In this document: positions 53,355-64,000 of the stretch, in pieces
How positions within the stretch are numbered: the first letter of the stretch is position 1
Layout: each line of letters begins with the position of its first letter
Assembly (NCBI GenBank): GCA_964016885.1
Contig: OZ024743.1
Location: 332,692,001-332,756,000 of the forward strand
Origin: Eledone cirrhosa
Taxonomy: Eukaryota
Direction: 5' to 3'
Length of the DNA: 64,000 nucleotides
Position numbers and translations under genes: made by a program
The notes under the pieces: generated by a model
What the model was told of the DNA's origin: nothing
The model's database searches: none
The model's input: the letters and a program-made list of their open reading frames with translations, nothing else

Positions 53355-54899
53355 TCATCATCGTTTAACGTCCATCTTCCACGCTAGCATGGGTGAAGGA
53401 CTGCCTATCATTTGCAAATAATTTTGAAATTAATTAAAAATATGGATGGATTTAGTAATATGGCCACCACAACCATCAAACAGTAACACCTATTTTGAGA
53501 ACCCTTAAATAAGACTGATGTAGGTTTGATTCCTGGGTCGGGCAACACCTTGTGATCTTAAGCAAAACACTTCATTTTGCTTTGCTCCATTCTGTCTGAA
53601 AATAACTACCAGTCAACAAATCGGGAGTTAACTCTGCAGTAGACTGGCATCCTGTTGAGAGGGAGGAGAGTCTTGTGCTTTCAGTAGCTTAACAACAATG
53701 ACACTGGAATAAAGACCAGCCTGATGAGTATCCTGGCTTGCAACAGACAATTTGTTTTTTAACTAAGTGTGAGGAGGGGGGGGGGGGGGCTATATATGGG
53801 TGCTTGACCTACTCAAAACTAACCAAATCTCCTTCAAATCAAAGCCTAATTTTAAAAGGGAAGTTGACATTGAATGAGAAAGTGGAAATTTGTGATGTGG
53901 GTGAAGCAGACAGCAAAAGGATCATCAGGGGAAGAACACTGATCAAGTATTTCAGCCCTTGATTCCTCTCGACTCTCTAAGGGAGCTGGGCTCACCTAGG
54001 CCATGACTCCTAAGTGTCCTGATATTTTACTCTCCACCAGCAAGATATAAACCCGAGACCTTCTCAGACCCGTCAACTCTCCCCATCTACAGGAAAGATC
54101 TCCCACCAACTTTGGGGTGGGAGACAGAGGTCTTCTTTTGTGAAATTGGGTATAATTTTCATTATGTAAAATCTCCCCATTTTGGGGGCACTTTTTTTTC
54201 CATGGTATTCCCCCGTTTGGGGTTTTAGAGGTTGGCAGATCTGCTTTCTGGTGATCGTATTTCCTATTCCTGTGATTTTCACTGCTCAGCCACACAGAGC
54301 ATTGGTGGAACTAACACATTACATTTATCTAAACCTGGACCCCTGCCCTACTGTGTAATATCTATTTTCTTTAACAGCAATCTATTTTAGTTCCAATTGT
54401 CATTCTTCTTTAACCATAGCCACTGCCTATGGCTAAAACACCTTTAATAATACAGTCTGCTAATCAGAGTTGAGTTGAAACTAACCAATGTTGAAATATG
54501 ATGGTTGAGAAAACATTAAATGCAAAAGACTAGTCATACATAGAGGACATTAATTATGGCACTTCAAAACTTTGAAAAAATGACTTGTAGCCAACCCTTC
54601 ATGTTAAGACAGTAAACTCAAAATACAATACAAACACGAACGTCATTAAATTTTCTAAAGAAACAAATAACAATGCTTCAAATAAGTATATTAAAAGGTT
54701 TAAAGTCCTAGCTGGTATTTGGGAGATATGGGGTTCGATTCCTCATAGCGGTAGATGGCAGGCAACATCTTTTTCAGTCTTGAAATAGTCGTTTTACTAC
54801 TACAGATTGTAATGGAACTCTTAGTAGACACAATATTTTGTCTTGAACTCACGGCAGTAACATAAAGGATCAGAATAGAATAGGGTATAAAATAACCCC

Positions 54900-55290
54900 T
54901 CAGTCTTGGAACCACCTGGGTTGTCCGAAGTGACGGTCTTACCCTGTGCCCCTGGTCGAGAGGCAGGTGCCTTGTCTGGGACGTCACTGTTAGTGACTCC
55001 TTTGCTCTTTCCCACATCCAGGATGAGAGCCACAGCTTCTGCAGCCGAGCGGAGTAAGACCCTCAAATACTCTGCTCTGTCGGCCAGCTACATTTTTCAG
55101 CCTGTGGCTTTCGAGACGTTTGGGGGAGTCGGGCCGCTGACTGCGAGGTTCTTTTCCTCACTGGCAGCTCGCCTAATAGAGGCGACTGGCGAATCTCGCG
55201 AGGGTGCTTGGCTGTTTCAGCGCATCAGCCTCGCTATCACCCGGGGCAACGCTGTGAGTGTGCTGGCCTCAAAAATCATTAGAGAGGTTT
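54900..55290 (+). mobile_element. CRE-like non-LTR retrotransposon fragment, C-terminal restriction-like endonuclease region
   Basis: LEPPGL, then after a frameshift RSDGLTLCPWSRGRCLVWDVTVSDSF, then AAERSKTLKYSAL…FQPVAFETFG…FQRISLAITRGNAVSVL. Confidence 0.75.
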
Positions 55291-55381
55291 CCCAGTACTC
55301 GCGATGTTGGCTCCGTTGTTCACCCCTTCTTTTACATTTTCCTTAATATTGTAATAGCATTGAAGGAATTTATTTTTCATT

Positions 55382-55560
55382 GGGCAGTATCGGTAGAGGG
55401 TCGGATGGCATGCTTTCCAGCATAGAGTTACGTCCCTTAACGATCTGAGTTCAAATTCCGCCGAGGTTAACTTTACCTTTCATCCTTACGGGGTCGATAA
55501 AATAAAGTACCAGTAATGCACTGGGTAATTGTGGCCTTGTGCCAAAAGTAGAAACAATTA
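55382..55560 (+). mobile_element. Second SINE family copy
   Basis: GAGTTCAAATTCCGCCGAGGTTAACTTTACCTTTCATCC…GTCGATAAAATAAAGTACCAG. Confidence 0.7.
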
Positions 55561-55974
55561 TATCATCCTTATGTATATATTTAAAACATATTTGTTATGT
55601 TATTCTACTGTAAATTTATTTATATGCTCTGTTTATATTTTCATTCTGAAGGAACTTATCCACTTGTGTTGATATAAGTGATTTTATGACTTCCGTCTAA
55701 GAATTGTGTCATTATATATGTTATTATAAACGAGAAAATAAATAAAATATGATATAAAAAAAAAAACTTTGATGGTCGTTTTTGTTTTTATTTCCCCCTT
55801 TTTTTTTAATTCTCTCGCTTTGATTGTATATTTTGGTGCGTTATATTTATAAGGTTCATAGTTAATAGTATTTATGTTTTCGTTCTGAAACAATTGCGAA
55901 CAATTTCTAATGTTATTTATACAACTGTGAATAAAATATACTTGTACATTTCAAGTTAATAAAAAAAAACTCTA

Positions 55975-56601
55975 CAATTTTAGCTGTCTTAAATGCCGCT
56001 TACTTCAATGTATGAGGCTATTCCAACAAATTTACATTCCCCTTTTTTTTTAGCCGTTAAAAGAAATATAGATTTTTTTTTTTTTTTTTTTTGCGATTTA
56101 TTTGCCACTGGGGCATAGATGTCTTTATTTGCCACGTTTTTGTTTGTTTGTTTTTTGGCGATTTATTAGCCTTTTGGGGTCACACACACACCCGGAGAAA
56201 GTGTGCGACCTTCTTCTCTTACCTGTACAAGCCGATATAGAGAGATGGCCCACTTACACGGGCCATTATTGCTACTTTCACCCGAAAAAGGCACTGTCCC
56301 AGCCAATTCCATGAAAGATGGGTGAAAGTAGCAATAATGGCCCGTGTAAGTGGGCCATCTCTCTATATCGGCTTGTACAGGTAAGAGAAGGGAGCACCCC
56401 CCTCTCTCAGTGCTCCCTGGCAGAAAGGTCGCACACTTTCTACGGGGGCGTGTGTGACCCCAAAAGGCTAATAAATCGCAAAAAAACAAACAAACAAAAA
56501 ACGGGCAAATAAATAAAAAAAAAGGCGAATGTAAATTTGTTGGAATAGCCTCATACATTGAAGTATGCAGCAAGTAAGCGGCATTTAGACAGCTAAAATT
56601 G
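55975..56601. repeat. ~630-bp foldback inverted repeat with a perfect 71-bp inner stem
   Basis: 56213-56283 is the exact reverse complement of 56320-56390 (36-nt loop). Imperfect arms extend out to CAATTTTAGCTGTC… / …GACAGCTAAAATTG. Confidence 0.92.
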
Positions 56602-56812
56602 GATATCGCCCACTTTTACATTCTCCATAATAACGCAGTTTTATCTCGTCTATGAACTACTTTTCCTTCAAAATCCAAAGCTACGGTTAATAACAACTGT
56701 TCGAGGTGGGATGGAACCCAGGACCTAACGATTGCGAAGCGAACTTCTTCAATAGGACGAACTGTACCACAGAATCTCCCTGAGAATTACGTTAAGAGTA
56801 CACATGTCTATG

Positions 56813-56851
<39 letters not shown>

Positions 56852-58688
56852 CACCTTGATATATATATATATATAGTAAGAGAGTCAGGATCTGGACAGA
56901 CTTACACGTTAATTTCATTTGATTTCAAAACCATAAACAGTGTCTTTCGTTAGAAATATAGTAATGAAAGGATTAATAGAGTTGACCGACTGGTTCATAT
57001 TTTATCACCAGTGAAACCGAAAAATAAACCCACGCATAACCGTGGCTGTGCTTTATAAAATATTAACTTAATCCTTTTTTTTTTAATTCAGTTGTATAAA
57101 TAACATTACATACAAATTGTTCACATTTATTTCAGAATGAAAATATAAACACATATAATAAATACAATTAACTATTGCACCAAAATATACGATCAAAGCG
57201 CGAGAAAGGAAAAAAATATTAACCACTTAGATTCCATTACGTCTGTCTATATAATCACTAATAATCATTTCGTTAGATTTCAGGTTTCGATACAAATATA
57301 TTTCGGTACTTCTCGAGAATAACCACTTCCCTATGATAAATATAAATAAGACAATGTTATCCGAGCTAATTTATTCCAAATTACGGTTAGGATTATGAAT
57401 TTGGGTTAACGTCAATTCACGTTTTCTATTTGTATGGTTGTCAATTTAGAAGACACTATTACGTGTTTCCAACGACAGGCTGTGGCCATGCTTGGGCACC
57501 ACCATTGTTCAATTTTTTTTTTTTTTGTAATTGTATAAAATTTGTTTTAAATATATACATAAATAACATTACAAATTGCTCGCAATTCTTTTAGAATGAA
57601 AATATAAACACATAACAAGTACAATTAATTATTGCTAGGAACCTCACAAATACAACGCACTAAAATATAGTTAAATAAACTCCAACCCTAATTAAGAATG
57701 AATTAATTAGGATTATATTATTGTCATATTAATTTACCATAGGTAGAGGGGTATTCTGGAGAAGCACCATCGACATTCAAGAATTCTCTAAGTGAATAAA
57801 AAATCGGTCGGGACCCAGAGGCTATGACGTAAAGGGAAAAAGTTGTGAAAGAGGTGTATAGACCAGTAACGTATTTCTCAATGACGCTGGAAATAATTTC
57901 GTTACGAACCATTCTTGATATATACACATATTTCCAGCCTCTATTGATACTTCTTTCCATCATGAGAGCACGAATGAATTAATAGAAGTATGTAAGAAAT
58001 ATCGCAAGGTTTATAGACAAATACATAACTGAAAAAACTTGGTCAATTGTAAAGACTGGATTAAGTTGGTGCGCCTTCATTCAGCGCCAGATATTATTTC
58101 CTGCAGTTAGATATCGCTATACCTCGTGGATATGCAGAATTGGCAGAGGGTCAGATAAAATGCCGTTGCGGTATTTATTCTGCCTCTATACATTTTAAGT
58201 TCAAATACCGTTGATGTCAACTTTGCCGTCCATCTCTCCGAGATCGATAAAATAAAGTACCAATTAAGTACTTTTTTTTTGTTCTTAATACCAGTTTCAA
58301 AATGTTATTGATGTGTTTCTAGTGTAAATAATTTAAGTTTTCATAATTATATAAATAATGAAAAAAAAATAGAAGGGGTAAATAAGGGCAGATCTTGCTG
58401 TATAGGAAAGAAAAGGACAAATTAAGTACTTGGCGTTGATTTAATTTTGCCCGTCAAATAAATTTATGTGCAAGGGCACATAAATTAGAATTGATTTAAT
58501 ATATGTATAAAATGTTATGTACTTTATCAAAACTAGGAACTACAGACAATAACAAATAGAATTACGTTTAAATTCCTGTACACTGCCGAACTCTGATTCT
58601 ATCAAGTAACCAAATATGAAAAATCGCTCATTCAAACACTATAAAGATTTCATGGTATAATGAATTAATAGATCGAGATAAATCTTAC

Positions 58689-58766
58689 CTTTCTGTTACC
58701 TTTGATGCCAAGCTTCTTCGCTATATTGCGAAGATCGTAGTAATTTAAATTCTCTAAGTCATCCAT
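58689..58766 (-). CDS. NUSAP1: NUSAP1 orthologue, coding exon 1 (SAP-like N-terminus)
   Basis: AATAATG start; MDDLENLNYYDLRNIAKKLGIKGNRK|GTAAGA. Aligns with vertebrate LEELDSLKYSDLQNLAKSLGLRANLR. All 9 exons sum to 1473 nt = 490 aa + stop. Confidence 0.9.
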
Positions 58767-58846
58767 TATTAAAAGATAAATAAATCTTTAACTTGGAACG
58801 ATACAAGGACACTCTTTGGTTGATTCACAAAATTATCATAATAGCA

Positions 58847-58944
58847 TTTGAATTTTGAACCAAAAGCTGTGATTGGTCAGATCACACAACCAGTGACACA
58901 CAATTAACCAATCAGAGTTAATACAACTGTTCAAACCGTGGGAA
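58847..58944 (-). promoter_or_regulatory. G2/M-type promoter of NUSAP1: three CHR-like TTTGAA motifs and two CCAAT boxes
   Basis: TTTGAA at 58847-52 and 58854-59, TTCAAA at 58930-35, ATTGG at 58872-76, CCAAT at 58908-12, CGTGGGAA at 58937-44; all 80-180 bp upstream of the ATG. CHR plus NF-Y sites is the established architecture of animal mitotic gene promoters. Confidence 0.6.
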
Positions 58945-59169
58945 TTATTTAGAAAATATTTTTTATTTACACTAGTAAATTAATGTTTATAATAGTAAAA
59001 ACAATTTAATTGAAAAAGAAAAAAATATTTTTAGATTGAGAAGAAAGAATGGAGTGTAAAATAAGATAATATTAAAAAAACCGAAAAGGAAGGGAAAAGC
59101 AAGGGCTCTAGTGTTGCGGAAGAATGTGTGTTGTGTGTGTGTGGAGAGGGGGGGGGTAATAGGGATGTG

Positions 59170-59960
59170 CCCCTCAGACAAGCAAAACCATTCCCGCGGA
59201 AAATGGTCGGCGACACCCACTGCAACAGCCACCCCACCTCGCGGGGCTCTTTCCTCAGACAGGCTGCTGACGTTCCAATCTTGCAGAGGAGCTCAGCAGC
59301 ACGACTGAGGTCTCGACGGCAGCCGGACAATCCCCGGTATTTCTTTATCTTCCTTTCCTCAGCATAGTGGACAGCAGTACTGGGGTTTGTGGCCGAAGCG
59401 ACTAAGTTGGATGAGAATGTGTCACAACATTTGGCACCCCAGATGAGGGATCTACCTCCTTCAAATAGGAAGAGGGTGATTCCATTGAGGCACTTGCCAT
59501 CTTCACGGTCAAGGCCTGCTGGCTCCAGTTGCATGGGAAGCCAGCTGCGTCCAAGTTCCTCAATATGTTGTTGAGAGCGGTATGTCAGGGATACCAGGCT
59601 GCACTCTGGTTGCAAGACAGTGGCTACAAGTCGAAGTTGCCAATGACCACACTGCAACAGATTTATGTGGCTCATGCAGAGGCCAAGGCCACTCGAATGT
59701 AAGGAAAGGTAGGCAGGTAGAGCCAGATCCGAAATTGATCGGAAGCTTGGGCACCACCATTGTTCAATTTATTTATTTTTTTTTTTTGTAATTGTATAAA
59801 ATTTGTTTTAAATATATACATAAATAACAAGCCGAGGCCACTGATACTCACTGGTAGCTTCGCCTGTTGCCAGCCAGCACTGTCGAAATTGACATTGCTG
59901 ATGACTTCTGGCGAGTTCACCAAGAAGATCTGCGCGGTGGTGATAAGATGCAGTGCAGTG
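59170..59960 (-). mobile_element. Second CRE-like non-LTR retrotransposon remnant
   Basis: WQQAKLPVSISGLGL, and LEPAGLDREDGKCLNGITLF…GRSLIWGAKCCDTF…AEERKIKKY; degenerate. Confidence 0.7.
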
Positions 59961-60352
59961 TGAACAAAGAATTTATTATTGCACACACACTGTATATAGG
60001 TACCTGTTTACGTGCGTTGTATCGAAGCAAATAACTATGTGCATACTCTGGGAGTTTATTTAACATTACCTATTGAGTACGCTGAGGTGCAACCGGTCCT
60101 AGCAATGATACCGATGCTAGTTCCGTCAACTTATTATATATATACAAGAGCAAGAACGATGGGGTGATTCTACTGACATGGCTTTAAAGAGGCTGTTTGC
60201 ATAATTGCAAACGAATCAAATATTATTATTTATATTTGAAAAACTCAGATTACATTTATTGTAATCAGCCATGTAGAGCGATAAATGATTTGTTCATTAA
60301 TTAACCCATGCTAGCATGGAAGACGTTAAACGATGATGATGATGATATATAT

Positions 60353-60747
60353 CATCATCATCATCATCACCGTTTTACGTCCGTTCTTCCACGCTAGCAT
60401 GGGTTAGACGGGTTGTCCTGTTGTGGGCAGTGTCCAGTCGGCTGACCTTGTCTTGCTCATACGGGAACTGATTCTGGCTAGATTTCTACAGCTGGATGCC
60501 CTTCCTAACACCAACCTCATTTACAGTGAGTGCTGGGTGCTTTTTTGCCGTGGCACCTCCACGACCACTTTGCAGTGGAATGATAGGGACCCCAGTTCTA
60601 TCATCTCATTTCTACAGCTGAGTAAACTGGAGCAATGTGAAATAAAGTGTCTTGTTTAAGGAAACAACACATCACCCGGTCTGAGAATTGAACTCACAAC
60701 CTTTCGATTGCAAGCCCAATGCTCTAACCACTAAGCTATGCGCCTTC
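60353..60747 (-). mobile_element. tRNA-headed SINE with (GAT)n tail
   Basis: Closely matches the reverse complement of 46622-46940 and 33898-34237. Confidence 0.8.
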
Positions 60748-61309
60748 ATTATATATATATATAAATGTAAGTATGCATACGTATACACATATATACAAAT
60801 ACATATGTATGTTTGGGTTATATCGAACATTAATAATAATATTTGATTCGTTTGTAAACAAATGGCCCGATTAAAGTTGTGCTGTGCCAATGACAAATTG
60901 TCATCCGTTTGTTCATCACTGGCATTGAGGAACAATCAACATGTTTCTGAGCCATTACCCTTCATCAGGACTGTATACCTCTACCAATCTGTTGAACGGT
61001 TGAAAATATATACAAACATATACACATCGGTTGAGTAGCCTCATTTGCATACCAAGTGAGTTACAGCTGATCGTGCCGAAAACTAAAATTAGAATTTTAT
61101 TTCTCACCCTAGCACCTTATACAGGCTTTCTTGCATGCGTCCCTATATATATATATATATATATATATTTAGTGTGTGATTAATCAACCAATAAATGTTA
61201 CCGTCAAGTTAAAAAATAGAAATTAAATTTTCCTCTCATTCATAGTTCTTTCCAATACTGCTTTCTTTTTCTGTATGTTTAACCAAATAAAAATATTTAA
61301 TTGATAAAA

Positions 61310-61490
61310 AAATGTTCTATAAATAATTCCCACGTTTTTGAACAGTTGTATTTTACCAGAGAATTAGTTCTTAACTGTGATTGGCCAGTTGTGTCAGTGG
61401 TTGTGTAATCTGACCAATCACAGCTTTTGGTTCAAAATTCAAACTTAGTTTATGATAATTTTGTGTTGTTCAAAGTTATTTATCTTTAAT
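61310..61490 (+). promoter_or_regulatory. Inverted duplicate of the NUSAP1 promoter/5'UTR
   Basis: AAATAATTCCCACG…TTTGAACAGTTGTA…GATTGG…TCTGACCAATCACAGCTTTTGGTTCAAAATTCAAA…TATGATAATTTTGTG…TTATTTATCTTTAAT is the reverse complement of ~58768-58960. Confidence 0.8.
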
Positions 61491-61648
61491 TTTTGTTCAC
61501 ACTTTTTATTTATTTATTCTGTTTTGTACATATAACACAATTTATGTAATATATATATAATGAATATGAAATATTCAAAAGAAACGAATCAATAGAAATC
61601 AATCAAAGAAAAAAAAAAGAAACAGCATTGCAAAAGATTATAAATGAG

Positions 61649-61789
61649 ACCAATTATGGAGTAATCTCTTCTTAAGTTCTCTGTTGTTAACACCAATTAT
61701 GGAGTAATCTCTTCTTAAGTTCTCTGTTGTTAACACCAATTATGGAGTAATCTCTTCTCAATAAGTTCTCTGTTGTTAACACCAATTAT
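61649..61789. repeat. 43-bp minisatellite x3
   Basis: ACCAATTATGGAGTAATCTCTTCTTAAGTTCTCTGTTGTTAAC repeats. Confidence 0.9.
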
Positions 61790-62949
61790 TGAGGAATTTC
61801 TTCTTTGCTATCTGAACTAGACACTTGTAGCTTTGTTAACCTCTGAACATCTTTATAAGTGACGGTCTTGTGATGACCATGTAATAAATCTTCACTATCA
61901 CCTGCATGAACATCTCTACATCCCACTTCCTGTGTCATTTGTAGAAAGCTATTGATGATTGATGGATGCAGACTGGCTGAATGGTTAAGAAGTTCATTTT
62001 GCAATTATTAGGTCCTGGGTTCAATCCCACAATGTAGCATCATGGCAAGTGTCATTTACCATAGCCTCCCATCAAGCCATGCCTTGTGACTGAGATTGGG
62101 TGGACAAACTATTTGGAAGCCTGTCAGAATGACTGTACTTGTAATTCATGGGACCACTTTTGTCACACTGTATCAAGCTGAATCTCCCTCAGAATTACAC
62201 TGAGTTCATGTATCTGTGGAATGCTCAGTATCTAAAGTCTATCTCAAGCCAGGAGGCTTGTGGTTATCCCAGTTTCATGGCATGGAGCTACTGAGAGTAC
62301 ATGACTCCCCACTGGACAGGATGCCAGTCCATTGCAGCTATTGCTGGTACTTATTTTCAGCTGAATGCTCAGCCATTTACATGTTAATTATGAGTAGACT
62401 ATACCATTGATTGAACAACTGGAACCAACAGAAGACCATTGATGATTGATGGAACACAGATAGAACCAACAGAGCTCCATTCTGTTGATGATTGAAATCA
62501 TTTCATCTATTCTATGGTCTTGTTTATATATTTGAAATGAAAAAATGAAATTTACTGTTCACACCTATGAAGGTAGAGCTGACCTCCTACAAGATGACAG
62601 TAGAGGAAGTTTCTTGGCTGTTTCATTGATTGGGGCTACAGTCCAATCATCAAAAGTAACATGAAATGAAGAGTCTTACTCAAGAACACAAGTCACGCAG
62701 TCCAGGAATTGAACCCACAAATTTATGATTGTGTTTTCAACTCCCTAACTACTTGGTCACATGCTTTCATTTCATAACTACATTTACACAATGTTTTTCA
62801 AACCTAAATGAGATATATGTTTAACTTCAACATTTTTAGTATATTACATTACATGATGTGGTTGGATAACAAGTAGACTAACAGGAAGGGAGAGCTTTGC
62901 ATGTAGAAGATGCACAGGAGTAATTGAGAGGAAGAGTTCCAATGATATA

Positions 62950-63637
62950 AACCTTTTCTAGTCACAGAAAGGATTCATAGATGTGGTTGATAGCCTCTGC
63001 TATCTAGGTGACTTCATTAGCAGTGGAGGAGCATGTGCTGACAGTATAATAGCTAGAATAAGGATAAGATGGAAGAAGTTTAGATAACCACTCCTGAGAG
63101 AAACTAGGCATAAGAGGAATCAGATGTTGTGTGCAAGGGAGATTACATTGGTATGGGCATATGATGTGTATGAAGGATGACAGCTGTCTAAAAAGGTGCA
63201 GAGCTCAACGTCAATGGAAGCTTTGGAGTGGGAAGACCCAGGAAAACTTGGGATGAGGTGATAAAAACAGACCTTACTCAATTGCACCTCTCAAAGGCGA
63301 TGACACAGGAACAAATCTCTGGAGTTATGCAGTAATACAGGCCGAAGCTGAAGCATACATACAGTATGCCCTGTCCCACTGTATAGGGGTCGTGTAAGTA
63401 TGATGACAAAAAGCACCCAGCCCACACTGTAAAGTGATCATGTAGGTGTGTCACGACAAAAAGCACCCAGTCCACATTGTAAAGTTGTGTAGGTTTCACG
63501 GCAAAAAGCACCCAGTACTCATTGTAAATGAGGTTAGGGTTAGGGAGATGAAGGGATGCAACTAGTGGAGAGGTGCCGTGCTGAGAACAAGCCGTCTAAC
63601 CCACGCAAAAATGGATGTAAAAACGACGATGACAATG
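62950..63637 (+). mobile_element. RTE LINE 3' fragment with 3' UTR
   Basis: DVVDSLCYLGDFISSGG…SIIARIRIRWKKFR, WYGHMM and GRPRKTWDEVIK, followed by AAAAAGCACCCAG repeats and a CCGTCTAACCCA…GATGAC tail. Confidence 0.8.
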
Positions 63638-63690
63638 AGGACCACAATACATGTTGGAATTTTTCCAGAAATCTTTGGCGAATTCATACC

Positions 63691-63886
63691 TTAACCCTTT
63701 AGCATTTATACTGGTCAGAATTCTCTCACCTCTTTCTGTTCAAACCGGCCACTCATACTGATGTTAACGTATTGTTCTCAAAACAAATATCATCAAAATC
63801 TCATAGATTTAATATTATGTGAGATAAAGCCTTTACTATGAAAATGTAATAGTATATATAGAGTAATGTAAATGCTAAAGGGTTAA
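63691..63886 (+). mobile_element. Intact piggyBac-type MITE
   Basis: TTAACCCTTTAGCATTTA…TAAATGCTAAAGGGTTAA, an 18-bp inverted end including the TTAA. Confidence 0.88.
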
Positions 63887-64000
63887 CATCAGCTGCTATA
63901 ACCAACTGATTTAAAGTTCTAAATTAATAACCATTATTTAACATCCGTTTTCCTTGCTAACAAGGGTTGGCTGGGTTATCACAGATCAACTGAGTACTCA

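Noticed and set aside
57724-57963. 79-aa minus-strand ORF in NUSAP1 intron 1
   Set aside because: No recognisable motif, no convincing acceptor, and not needed for the gene model.
61786-61940. Possible Tigger/pogo transposase C-terminal remnant (EVGCRDVHAGDSEDLLHGH…)
   Set aside because: Similarity is too short and weak to call without a search.

Overview
This is AT-rich eukaryotic genomic DNA, most likely from an octopus or other cephalopod (inferred from its (GAT)n-tailed RTE-partnered SINEs and TTAACCC-ended MITEs). Positions 1-~27658 are one uninterrupted 36-bp tandem satellite of about 768 units that starts before the window; it has variant-unit structure, segmental duplications and polarity, and all ORFs listed there are by-products of the repeat. 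The remaining 36 kb holds two protein-coding genes. One is a single-coding-exon, 71-aa Cys-rich membrane protein (30624-30839, +). The other is a 9-exon NUSAP1 orthologue on the minus strand (58766->42549, about 490 aa), reconstructed by hand with consistent GT-AG splice phases. Its promoter has two CCAAT boxes and three CHR-like TTTGAA motifs, and is copied in inverted orientation about 2.4 kb upstream. Other content includes a decayed RTE LINE with a PHD finger nested in a piggyBac-type MITE, CRE-like retrotransposon fragments, a large foldback palindrome in NUSAP1 intron 1, tRNA-headed SINEs and minisatellites built from transposon ends. I found no CRISPR array or prokaryotic system, and no convincing new multi-gene system. 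The best candidates for follow-up are the mirrored cell-cycle promoter, the small membrane protein, the intronic hairpin and the satellite architecture.
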